This document shows positions 10,027 to 19,282 of a stretch of DNA of 64,000 bases, one piece after another (position 1 is the stretch's first letter; each line of letters opens with the position of its first letter). The stretch spans positions 2,514-66,513 of the forward strand of contig JAQSXR010000004.1 in NCBI GenBank assembly GCA_029256575.1. Direction: 5' to 3'. The notes under the pieces were generated by a model. It was not told where the DNA came from. It saw nothing but the letters and a program-made list of their open reading frames with translations, and made no database searches. A program made the translations under genes and the position numbers. The stretch is from Clostridiales bacterium (GTDB lineage Bacteria; Bacillota; Clostridia; Lachnospirales; JAQSXR01).

Positions 10027-10575
10027 TTATTGTTCCATTTGTTTTCCTAAAAATCCTGCTGCTGATGCTGCTAGCTTATGTTCAACGTCTCCCATTTTAG
10101 CCTTAGGACCTTTTGTAAGAAAAATTACAGCTCCTACAGCATCACCCTCACAAATAATAGGTGTAATAACCTGTGCAGTATAATCATCCATTTCTTCATT
10201 TATTACATTAACAAATTTTTTCTCTTCTTTTGTCGCAATTATTGTTTCACGTTCAGAGATAGCAGTCTCAAGACCTTTACTTATGGCTTTAGAAAATAAA
10301 TCTTTTTTAGAACCACCTGATACAGCAATTACTTGATCTTTATCTACGATACATATAGTATGTCCTGTAGTTTGAGCAAGAGCTTCTGCATATTGTTTTG
10401 CAAATGTCCCTAACTCTCCAATAGGTGAATATTTCTTTAAAACGATTTCTCCATCTTTGTCTGTGAATATTTCAAGTGGATCTCCCTCTCTTATTCTCAA
10501 GGTTCTACGAATTTCTTTTGGTATAACCACTCTTCCTAAGTCATCAATACGCCTTACGATTCCTGTTGCTTTCAT
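10027..10575 (-). CDS. spoVT: Stage V sporulation regulator SpoVT (AbrB-type N-domain + GAF-like C-domain)
   Basis: 182 aa. MKATGIVRRIDDLGRVVIPKEIRRTLRIREGDPLEIF is the SpoVT/AbrB swapped-hairpin motif. Length fits SpoVT rather than AbrB. Confidence 0.9.
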   Translation of the reverse strand: MKATGIVRRIDDLGRVVIPKEIRRTLRIREGDPLEIFTDKDGEIVLKKYSPIGELGTFAKQYAEALAQTTGHTICIVDKDQVIAVSGGSKKDLFSKAISKGLETAISERETIIATKEEKKFVNVINEEMDDYTAQVITPIICEGDAVGAVIFLTKGPKAKMGDVEHKLAASAAGFLGKQMEQ

Positions 10576-10664
10576 TATATATTTCCTCCGTTTACCCTAT
10601 TTTGTAATATTAAAAGAGTTAACCTCTGGAGATAGTATTTGTATTCCTGTGATTTTTATACAAA

Positions 10665-11759
10665 TTAATTTCCTATTCCTTTTCCCATTTCTATTTTATT
10701 CCACTGTTTTTGAACAACTTTTATATCTTTTTCTGCTTCTTTTTCCCATTCAGCATATATAGGTGTATAAAATTCTTGTTTTTGCACTTGGAGTAAATTA
10801 TTCCTCAAATATTCATCGTAATCTTTTATAACTTTTTCAAATTCTGTTATTTCTTCTGGAGTCGGTTTAATAATTTCTTCTAATCTCATAATATGATATC
10901 CGAATATTGATTCAACTAAACGTATTTCTCCAATTTCCATATCAAAAGCTGCATCTGAGAATTCATGGGTCATCTCTTTATAGGTAAATGTATATTCTCC
11001 TTCGTTTGCCAACGAAGCTTCATCTTCCGAATATTCTGTAATCAATTTCACAAAATCTTCACCATCTTTTACTCGTTCAAAAAGTTGTTCCGCTTCTATT
11101 TTAGCAGCTTTCTTATCTTCCGCTGAGTAATTAGTTGTTTCAGTTGGTTGTTCACCAGTAAATGTCTTTATAAGTAAATGCTTAACTCTAGCTTTTGTTA
11201 TAATTTCTTCTATTGGTGTATTTAAAAAATATATATATTCACTATTTTCTTCTAATGTTGAATAAATTTTTTCTTCATCAACTTCCATATCTTTTGTTTT
11301 TAAATCTAATAGTTTTGAAAATAAAGCATTTTTCTCATAAACTATCTCAACCGTCGATAGGGTTAATCCTAATGTCTCAATTTCCGATTCTTCTAGCTGA
11401 TCAAAAAAAGTTTTAGCATCTTCTTTAACAGTTTCCAGCTCTTCATTACTTAGAGTAATATTTTCTTCTTTCGATTTTTGTGTTAATACAAGTACTTGTT
11501 TTAATCTAAATTCTAATTCTGTCTTAGCTTGTTCTTTTGCTCCATCTTCAAGCCACACATTACTTGAACCTGCTGCTTCTTCAAATTCAGCTTCAAGAAT
11601 AGCTTGCCACAAAGAAACTTCATCTAAATTTAAAACAGTATCTTTATATTCCATTACCTTTATTTTTTCATAATTATTCTTCCCACATCCTGATAGTAAC
11701 ATTGTTAGTGTTGAAATCATAAGAAAAATTATAGTTAACCTTTTAATTATTTTCCCCAT
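10665..11759 (-). CDS. Parvulin-type peptidyl-prolyl isomerase lipoprotein (PrsA/SurA-like), paralog 1
   Basis: Lipobox LLSGC. Rotamase motifs VKHLLIKT and FGYHIMRLE. Confidence 0.8.
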   Translation of the reverse strand: MGKIIKRLTIIFLMISTLTMLLSGCGKNNYEKIKVMEYKDTVLNLDEVSLWQAILEAEFEEAAGSSNVWLEDGAKEQAKTELEFRLKQVLVLTQKSKEENITLSNEELETVKEDAKTFFDQLEESEIETLGLTLSTVEIVYEKNALFSKLLDLKTKDMEVDEEKIYSTLEENSEYIYFLNTPIEEIITKARVKHLLIKTFTGEQPTETTNYSAEDKKAAKIEAEQLFERVKDGEDFVKLITEYSEDEASLANEGEYTFTYKEMTHEFSDAAFDMEIGEIRLVESIFGYHIMRLEEIIKPTPEEITEFEKVIKDYDEYLRNNLLQVQKQEFYTPIYAEWEKEAEKDIKVVQKQWNKIEMGKGIGN

Positions 11760-11772
11760 TTGTCTACCTCAC

Positions 11773-12852
11773 CTAGCTGAATATAGTGCCAATTTCAAGT
11801 TTATCCCATACTTCATCAACATAATTTACTGTGTATTTTTCTGATTCTTTTTCAAAAATACCCCAGAAATATTCTGATTGTAAGTACTCTAACATTGCAG
11901 TCCAAGCTTCTTCTTTGTATTTTACTAAAGAATCTTGATATGCCTGATAGTCTTCAGTAGTAATCTCAGGAATAGCTTCAAGTCTCATAATATGATAACC
12001 ATACTCAGTTTCAACTAATCGAGTTTCTCCTACTTCCATGTCATATGCTGCTTCTTCAAACTGAGGAACCATTTCATCTCTTCCAAATGTAATTTCACCA
12101 TTAGCCTCAACTGAGCCAGTATCTTCTGAGAACTCTTTTACAAGAGCTACAAAATCTTCACCACTTTGTACTTTGGCAAAAATATCATCTGCTTTTGTCT
12201 TAGCTGCTGCTTTATCTTCATCTGTCTTAGGGGTTCCATCTTCATTAATAGTTTTTATTAAAATATGTTTAACAGTTACTTGTTGCATGAAATATTCTGG
12301 ATCTTTAGTAACACTTTCAACATAAGTTTGGTCATTGTTTAATGCAGTATTTATTTCTTCATCAGTCGGTACATAATCACCAACAGTTTTATCAAAAACT
12401 TTTCCAACTAGCGCATCATTATAAAATGCTCTCTTTGCAGTTTCTAATGTAACACCAAGAGTTTTAATCTCTTCTGGTACTCCATCAAAAAATTCTTGAG
12501 CTTGTGTATCAATATCTATCTTTTCTTCATCCGTTAATACCATTCCATCATTTTTGGCCATCTCTGATAAAATCGCTATTTCCTTAATTCTGTCTTTTAA
12601 GGATACTAATAATTGTGTTTTTTGATCTTCAGTCCATTCTGTAACTCCAGCATTATCTTCAAATACAGCCTGCCATAACAGAACTTCGTCTTTATATATT
12701 TTTGTATCATTAATACTTGCCGCTACTGTACTAGCTAGATTTTCTTTCTCTTTATCTTTTTTGTCATCATTATTTTTACAGCCCACTGTAATACTTGCCA
12801 CTAAAGATAGGGACAACATGAGCACGATAACCTTTTTATAAATCAACTTCAT
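11773..12852 (-). CDS. Parvulin-type peptidyl-prolyl isomerase lipoprotein (PrsA/SurA-like), paralog 2
   Basis: Lipobox TVGC. VKHILIKT and YGYHIMRLE. Clearly paralogous to the adjacent gene. Confidence 0.8.
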   Translation of the reverse strand: MKLIYKKVIVLMLSLSLVASITVGCKNNDDKKDKEKENLASTVAASINDTKIYKDEVLLWQAVFEDNAGVTEWTEDQKTQLLVSLKDRIKEIAILSEMAKNDGMVLTDEEKIDIDTQAQEFFDGVPEEIKTLGVTLETAKRAFYNDALVGKVFDKTVGDYVPTDEEINTALNNDQTYVESVTKDPEYFMQQVTVKHILIKTINEDGTPKTDEDKAAAKTKADDIFAKVQSGEDFVALVKEFSEDTGSVEANGEITFGRDEMVPQFEEAAYDMEVGETRLVETEYGYHIMRLEAIPEITTEDYQAYQDSLVKYKEEAWTAMLEYLQSEYFWGIFEKESEKYTVNYVDEVWDKLEIGTIFS

Positions 12853-12915
12853 TTCTTTTCCTCCTAAAAATAATTAGTGTTTCAGCCACCATGTTTCTAT
12901 TATAGTTGATAACTT

Positions 12916-15900
12916 TCAAAGTTTCAAACATTTTATTTCTTCGATAAGTGTATTTATCTGAATAAAAGCATCTTTTTTACTTATCTTTCTAAGAGACAGA
13001 GCAAAAAAAGGTTTTCCTATTACTGTAAATTCAAGCTTATTTTTATATCGAGCAATTAGTTCTGGAATTTTTGATGCATCAATATTTGCTGATGGTTTCA
13101 TAAATAATTTTACTACTTCCTTAACTTGTTCTACCCCAATTATTTCTGCTTTATTCGCATTTGCTTTCATTAATGCAATTTCCAATAAATTTTGTACGCA
13201 TGTAGGAAGTGTCCCAAATCGATCTTCTAACTCCTCTTGCATATCATTATAATCTTCGTCATTTTCAATTGTTGCAATTCTTTTGTATACATCAAGTTTT
13301 TGAAACTCATTTTTAATATACTCAGATGGTATATAGGCATCATAATTAAGATCTACGGTTGTTTCAAAATATTCCTCAACAGGCTCATCTTTTAGTGCTC
13401 TAACTGCCTCATCTAACATTTTACAATACATATCATAACCAACCGCTTCCATGTTCCCATGTTGCTCGGCTCCTAACAGATTCCCTGTTCCTCTTATTTC
13501 CAAGTCTCTCATTGCTATTTTAAATCCTGATCCGAGTTCTGTAAATTCTCTAATAGCTTGTAGTCTCTTCTCTGCTATTTCTTTTAACATCTTATCTCTC
13601 TTATACATTAAATAAGCATATGCAGTTCTATTTGATCTACCAACTCGACCCCTTAATTGATACAACTGTGCAAGACCTAATTGATCGGCATCATGTATGA
13701 TCATTGTGTTTACATTTGAAATATCTAATCCTGTTTCAATTATGGTGGTACTTACTAACACATCAATCTCACCATTAATGAAGTCGAACATAATCTTTTC
13801 TAATTCACTTTCCTTCATTTGGCCATGTGCGAAGGCAACATTAGCTTCAGGAACCAATTTACTAATACTATTAGCAACTTCAACTATTTTATTTACTCTA
13901 TTATATACATAATAAACCTGTCCTTCTCTTGCGAGTTCTCGATTAATTGCTTCACGTATAAGCTCATCATTTTGTTCTAATACATAAGTCTGAATCGGCA
14001 TCCTCTCTTCAGGTGGCTCTTCAAGAACACTCATATCTCTAATACCAATTAAGCTCATATGAAGTGTCCTTGGTATTGGTGTAGCAGTTAATGTTAAAAC
14101 GTCAACATCAGATTTAATATCTTTCATTTTTTCCTTATGCCCAACTCCAAATCGCTGCTCTTCATCAATAACTAATAACCCTAGATCTTTAAACTTCAAA
14201 TCTTTTGATAGAATCCTATGCGTTCCTATTACGATATCAACCATTCCAGAACTTATTCCTTCTAAGGTCTTCTTTTGTTCTTTTGCCGTTCTAAACCTAG
14301 AAAGCATATCAACTCTGATTGGAAAGTCTTTCATTCTTTGTACAAATGTATTATAGTGTTGCTGTGCTAGAATAGTTGTAGGAACAAGATAGGCTACTTG
14401 CTTGCCATCTTGTACTGCTTTGAAAGCTGCACGAATAGCTACTTCCGTTTTACCGTACCCAACATCTCCACAAATCAGTCTATCCATTATCTTAGCACTT
14501 TCCATATCTTTTTTTGTCTCACTAATCGCTGAAAGTTGATCATCTGTTTCATCATACGGGAACATTTCTTCAAACTCTTGTTGCCATACGCTATCTTTCG
14601 TATATCGAAATCCTAATCTAGCCTGCCTCTTAGCATATAATTCAACTAAATTAAATGCTAATTGCTTAACAGCTATTTTTACTTTTGTTTTCGTCTTTTC
14701 CCATTCCGCGGAACCTAATTTATTTAATTTTGGCTTTCTATTTTCTGCTCCTATATATTTTTGAATTGCATCTAATTGCGTAGTCGGAACAAACAAATTA
14801 CCATTATTACTATACTCTATTTTAATGTAATCTTTTGAGATAGTATCTATCTCAATCTTATCAATCCCTTTATAAATACCTAATCCATGTTTTTCATGAA
14901 CAACATAATCACCCACTAATAAATCTGTAAAACTCTGGATTTTCTTGCCTGTGTAGGTTTTTTTATGTTTATTTTTCTTAAGACTCTTTCCAAAAACATC
15001 TGTTTCAGAAATTATGATAAATTTAAGAAGAGGATACTCAAATCCCTTGTGCAAACTTCCATTTGAAATGATTACCTCTCCCGGTAGAATTGGTCTATCA
15101 AGATTTTCACTATAAAAAGCATTAAGCCCCTCATTCATCAATTCCTTTGCTAATCTTTCTGCTCTTGTTTTTGAAGCTGCTAGTAGCAAAACTTTGTTCT
15201 TTTTACTTTTCCACTGAATTAAGTCTTTAAGTAATAATTCGAAACTACCATTATAGGCTGAAGTTGCCCTCGCAGTTATGTTATATGTGTCTTTAACTTG
15301 AAATTCCTTTGTTACTTGTGGCATCATACTACTTAAAACAATTTTTTGCTTTGTTAGCATATGAACAACGGTATTATAATCATATAAAACTTCAATTTGT
15401 CCAGGTAGTATATACCCCTTCTCTAGTCTAGTAAGCATATTGTCTCTAAATTCTTCGTAGGTAAAGGATGCTTTTTCCGCTATCCTGGTAGGTTCGTCCA
15501 ATATTACGATTGAGTCCTCGGATTTAAAGTATTCAACAAAGCATACTAATTTTTTGTAAAAATAATTTATATAACTTTCCAAACCTCTATATTCAACTGT
15601 TTGTGTCAGTTTTTCATATGTTTGCTTGTATATTGGTTTTATTCTGTTAATTGCTTCATGATTCTTTTGTTTTGATAATGAGTCAACAAATGTATCCATA
15701 TCATTTTTTAAATCAATAATGCTTTTTGCCCTAATTTCTTCATTAATTATTATTTCGACTGCTGGGAAAATAAGAATTTTTTCTAATTTTTCAATTGATC
15801 TTTGACTCTCAATATCTATTGTTCTGATAGAGTCAACTTCTTCATCCCAAAGTTCAATTCTAAATGCACATTCTTCAGTTAGTGAGAATATATCAATTAT

Positions 15901-16428
15901 TCCACCCCGTATAGAAAATTGCCCTTTTGCCTCAACCTGAGATGTTCTTTCATATCCTATATCAATTAATTTGCTTTTTAGTTGATCTAATTTTATAATT
16001 TCACCAAGGGTTATTTCCAGTGTATTTTTCTCATAGACATCAATTGGTATTAGCTTATCTAGGCATCCATCTATTGTTGCAATTACTGTAATATTTTCAC
16101 CATTTGAGATTCTTCTAATAATCTCTAGCCTTTGAGCCGTGATATCATTACTATGGATATCCGCATTAAAAAATATAAGATCTCTCGCAGGATATAAATA
16201 TACATTCTTATCAAAGAAAAGATAATCTTCATATATTTCTTTTGCCTTTATTTCGTTATATGTCACAATAAGCTTAGTCTTATAGTTTTGTGCTAAGTCA
16301 TAAAACAAATGACATTTTTGGCTATCTATTGATCCTGTTATATATATAGGAGTATTTCCATCGGCTATATTCTTCTTACAAATACTTATCTCTTCTAATT
16401 CACTTAACGGTTGCGTAACAGCTAACAT
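12916..16428 (-). CDS. mfd: Transcription-repair coupling factor Mfd
   Basis: 1170 aa. Superfamily-2 helicase motifs GDVGYGKTEV and DEEQRFG, plus a UvrB-homology N-terminus. Syntenic with pth and spoVT. Confidence 0.97.
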   Translation of the reverse strand: MLAVTQPLSELEEISICKKNIADGNTPIYITGSIDSQKCHLFYDLAQNYKTKLIVTYNEIKAKEIYEDYLFFDKNVYLYPARDLIFFNADIHSNDITAQRLEIIRRISNGENITVIATIDGCLDKLIPIDVYEKNTLEITLGEIIKLDQLKSKLIDIGYERTSQVEAKGQFSIRGGIIDIFSLTEECAFRIELWDEEVDSIRTIDIESQRSIEKLEKILIFPAVEIIINEEIRAKSIIDLKNDMDTFVDSLSKQKNHEAINRIKPIYKQTYEKLTQTVEYRGLESYINYFYKKLVCFVEYFKSEDSIVILDEPTRIAEKASFTYEEFRDNMLTRLEKGYILPGQIEVLYDYNTVVHMLTKQKIVLSSMMPQVTKEFQVKDTYNITARATSAYNGSFELLLKDLIQWKSKKNKVLLLAASKTRAERLAKELMNEGLNAFYSENLDRPILPGEVIISNGSLHKGFEYPLLKFIIISETDVFGKSLKKNKHKKTYTGKKIQSFTDLLVGDYVVHEKHGLGIYKGIDKIEIDTISKDYIKIEYSNNGNLFVPTTQLDAIQKYIGAENRKPKLNKLGSAEWEKTKTKVKIAVKQLAFNLVELYAKRQARLGFRYTKDSVWQQEFEEMFPYDETDDQLSAISETKKDMESAKIMDRLICGDVGYGKTEVAIRAAFKAVQDGKQVAYLVPTTILAQQHYNTFVQRMKDFPIRVDMLSRFRTAKEQKKTLEGISSGMVDIVIGTHRILSKDLKFKDLGLLVIDEEQRFGVGHKEKMKDIKSDVDVLTLTATPIPRTLHMSLIGIRDMSVLEEPPEERMPIQTYVLEQNDELIREAINRELAREGQVYYVYNRVNKIVEVANSISKLVPEANVAFAHGQMKESELEKIMFDFINGEIDVLVSTTIIETGLDISNVNTMIIHDADQLGLAQLYQLRGRVGRSNRTAYAYLMYKRDKMLKEIAEKRLQAIREFTELGSGFKIAMRDLEIRGTGNLLGAEQHGNMEAVGYDMYCKMLDEAVRALKDEPVEEYFETTVDLNYDAYIPSEYIKNEFQKLDVYKRIATIENDEDYNDMQEELEDRFGTLPTCVQNLLEIALMKANANKAEIIGVEQVKEVVKLFMKPSANIDASKIPELIARYKNKLEFTVIGKPFFALSLRKISKKDAFIQINTLIEEIKCLKL

Positions 16429-16678
16429 TCAAACACCTCCTAATTCATGTAATTATATTATTATTTTTATGGCAATACAACCTTAATATGGAATTTCTAC
16501 TGTAGTGTTATTAATTTGCTATAGCTTAAATCATGCTAATTATAAGTCAGGCCTGCCAACTTGATATATTTGTAGCAAATTCATATACTTTGCGAGAATT
16601 TGAATTGGTCAATATATAATATCTCTAAATCCAGTAAACAAAATACCGATAAATAAATTTTTCTTTATTTTGTGGCGA

Positions 16679-16712
16679 AGAATTCCCACGACTTAGGTCG
16701 TGGGAATTCTTA
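16679..16712 (-). terminator. Perfect 15-bp stem-loop downstream of pth
   Basis: AAGAATTCCCACGAC-ttag-GTCGTGGGAATTCTT. There is no clear T-run, so function as a terminator is uncertain. Confidence 0.45.
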
Positions 16713-16774
16713 AAGCATTTAGAAATACACTTCAAAATATTTGAATTATTAAAAAGCAAGAAAGGATATCAGTA

Positions 16775-17353
16775 CTAGATATCCTGTGATTTTTTTTGAT
16801 TGTATATATTCATGGCTTTATTTAGGTCCTCTACTACTATTGTTGTAACTGCGTTTACAACATTGTCCAAAGATTCTTCTACTAATTTTTCGTCTGCTTT
16901 TGCGAATGCTGATAGCACATAATCAGCTAAATCCCATTCCTTTGGTTTTTCATCGACACCAACTTTAATTCTAACAAATTCAGAAGTACCACTAAGTTGT
17001 ATAATACTTTTTACTCCATTATGCCCACCAGCACTTCCTTGCTTTCTTATTCTTATGTCTCCTAGAGAAAGAGATACATCATCATATATTAATATTAAAT
17101 CTTCCATACTCAACTTATAAAAAGTTAAAATTTCTTGTAAGCTTTCCCCACTAAGATTCATAAATGTTTGCGGCTGTGCAAGTAATACTTTTTGGCCTTC
17201 CATATATCCACTACCAAGTAATGCTTTATGTTTTTTTTGATCTAATGATATTTTATATTTTTCAGAAATCTTCCTAACTGCCTCAAATCCAATATTATGT
17301 CTCGTTTTTGTATATTGTTTCCCTGGATTCCCAAGTCCCATTATTAAGAACAT
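16775..17353 (-). CDS. pth: Peptidyl-tRNA hydrolase
   Basis: 192 aa. GLGNPG..Y..TRHNIGF...GGHNG. Confidence 0.95.
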   Translation of the reverse strand: MFLIMGLGNPGKQYTKTRHNIGFEAVRKISEKYKISLDQKKHKALLGSGYMEGQKVLLAQPQTFMNLSGESLQEILTFYKLSMEDLILIYDDVSLSLGDIRIRKQGSAGGHNGVKSIIQLSGTSEFVRIKVGVDEKPKEWDLADYVLSAFAKADEKLVEESLDNVVNAVTTIVVEDLNKAMNIYNQKKSQDI

Positions 17354-17374
17354 CTTTTATCTCCTACCTAACTA

Positions 17375-18124
17375 TTATCTTTTTATGATAATTTGATTTG
17401 CCTCTTCCAATTGCTCCGGTGTATTTACGCCTAACATTTCTTCATATATATCTATTGGTAATGTATCTACCAACAAACCTTTTTCTTTAATCGCAACTAA
17501 AGTGTCAGGTAAATAGTATTCACCTTGTGAATTATTTAATGTCATCTTTCCAAATGCATCTTGAAGTGCTTCTGAATTAAATAGATACATACCTGAATTT
17601 ATTTCTTTCGAAAGCAACTCATTTCCAACAGCATCTTTTTGCTCTACATTCTTAACAAACTTCCCATTTTCATCTCTAATAATTCTGCCATATCCAGTAG
17701 GATCATCAACCATTGCTGTTAAAACTGAAGCAGCATTACCACTCTTCATATGAAATTCAACTAATTTTCGAAGTGTATTTCCAGTTATCAGAGGAGTATC
17801 TCCACATAACACTATAACCATTCCATCATTCCCAATAAAATCTGCTGCTTGCATTACAGCATGTCCAGTTCCTAATTGTTCATATTGATTAACATATACA
17901 ACTTTATGATGAATCGACTCTTTTACAACATCGGCTTGATATCCAACTACCACACATATCTCTACTGCGCCTGCTTCCATGGAAGCTTCAATTACATATT
18001 CCACAAGTGGTTTTCCTTGAATTTGGTGTACTACCTTTGGTAAATCCGATTTCATTCTTGTCCCTTTACCTGCTGCCAAAATAACTGCCTTTATATTCAA
18101 AATTATATTCCCCCATATATTCAT
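17375..18124 (-). CDS. glmU: GlmU-like N-acetylglucosamine-1-phosphate uridyltransferase domain only (no LbH acetyltransferase domain)
   Basis: AVILAAGKGTRM, LGTGHAV, CGDTPL. Ends at ...LGVNTPEQLEEANQIIIKR, the linker helix. The pth start follows 22 bp later. A more likely start is TTG at 18100, preceded by GGGGGA. Confidence 0.8.
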   Translation of the reverse strand: MNIWGNIILNIKAVILAAGKGTRMKSDLPKVVHQIQGKPLVEYVIEASMEAGAVEICVVVGYQADVVKESIHHKVVYVNQYEQLGTGHAVMQAADFIGNDGMVIVLCGDTPLITGNTLRKLVEFHMKSGNAASVLTAMVDDPTGYGRIIRDENGKFVKNVEQKDAVGNELLSKEINSGMYLFNSEALQDAFGKMTLNNSQGEYYLPDTLVAIKEKGLLVDTLPIDIYEEMLGVNTPEQLEEANQIIIKR

Positions 18125-18258
18125 AATATTATTGAATACATTTTACTCCAGTTAATCAACCTTTGCAACTTATAATCTTTGTTTTATATTCTTTTAGTTT
18201 CGATACGATATGTATCTTCTATTCTATACTTAATACGTAGTCTGTTTTTATGTTCGTA

Positions 18259-18476
18259 TGTTTTATGTTTTATGTTTTAGTTTTAGTTTTAGTTTTAGTT
18301 TTAGTTTTTGTTTTAGTTTTAGTTTTTGTTTTAGTTTTAGTTTTAGTTTTAGTTTTAGTTTTAGTTTTAGTTTTAGTTTTAGTTTTATATTTTATTTTAT
18401 GTTTTATGCTTTATGTTTTATGTTTTATGTTTTATGTTTTATGTTTTATGTTTTATGTTTTATGTTTTATGTTTTA
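18259..18476. repeat. Compound microsatellite: (TGTTTTA)3-(GTTTTA)18-degenerate-(TGTTTTA)11
   Basis: Read directly. Hexamer array 18280-18387 includes two GTTTTT variants. Heptamer arrays at 18259-18279 and 18400-18476. Confidence 0.95.
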
Positions 18477-18487
18477 TAAACTTTAAA

Positions 18488-18742
18488 GTTTGCTAGGGCT
18501 TGGGTTAGTACGGTAGCTGTTTGCAAACATTATGAAGGACTGCCCGAATATCTTATAGCATTTAAATTGCGTAAAGTGGCTAAAATGGGGGTGTCTGAGC
18601 AAAAACCCCCATAATCAAAACCCCCTAAAAGCGAGTTCCCCATTTTAGCCACTGCCCTTAGCAATTTAAATACTATTAGATATACGCGCTGTCCGAATTT
18701 GATTTGCAAACAGCTACCGTACTAACCCAAGCCCTAGCAAAC
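18488..18742. repeat. 255-bp foldback (MITE-like) element with 40-bp perfect terminal inverted repeats
   Basis: GTTTGCTAGGGCTTGGGTTAGTACGGTAGCTGTTTGCAAA (18488-18527) is the exact reverse complement of 18703-18742. Inner arms also pair (GTGGCTAAAATGGGG / CCCCATTTTAGCCAC). Confidence 0.9.
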
Positions 18743-18759
18743 CCATCCACCTTTCATTC

Positions 18760-18786
18760 AAAAAAAAAGATGGCATAAGCCATCTC
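18760..18786 (-). terminator. Rho-independent terminator of spoVG
   Basis: GAGATGGC-ttat-GCCATCT followed by T9 on the minus strand. Confidence 0.8.
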
Positions 18787-18811
18787 AAATTTTATTTTAA
18801 TTAAGTTAAAA

Positions 18812-19105
18812 CTAAACTACAGCCTTTTCATTTGCTTCAACTTCAGCCTCTGCTTCTTTCGCAAATTCTTCTAATATAGCCTCTTGAAGAATTTCTCTTA
18901 GTTGGCTATCAATTGGATGTGCAATATCCCTATATACGCCATCCGGTGTTTTTCTGCTAGGCATTGCTATAAAGTCACCGTTATCCCCTTCAATCACTTT
19001 AATGTCATGTACAACAAATACATCATCAAATGTTACTGTTGCAACAGCCTTTAGTCTTGCTCCATTTAATACTCTACGTAGCCTTACTTCTGTAATTACC
19101 ATCAT
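18812..19105 (-). CDS. spoVG: Septation/sporulation regulator SpoVG
   Basis: 97 aa. ITEVRLRR......LKAVATVTFDD.FVVHDIKVIEG..G.FIAMPSRK. Confidence 0.95.
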   Translation of the reverse strand: MMVITEVRLRRVLNGARLKAVATVTFDDVFVVHDIKVIEGDNGDFIAMPSRKTPDGVYRDIAHPIDSQLREILQEAILEEFAKEAEAEVEANEKAVV

Positions 19106-19282
19106 TTTCCCTCCTCATGTATACTTTGTTGTCAAAGCTTATTTATACCCGCAATATACAGCATCTAAAGTTTATTTTTCTCTCTCTATTTATCTTCTGT
19201 AGACACAGCTTGTACTTGTATGTTGCTTTATTATTATACCACATTTTGCCACTTTATCAATATAATATTTTATTAATTTCTC

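Noticed and set aside
18250-18486. Two overlapping 73-78-aa ORFs (VLVLVL..., FSFSFS...)
   Set aside because: They are translations of the hexamer/heptamer microsatellite and are not genes.
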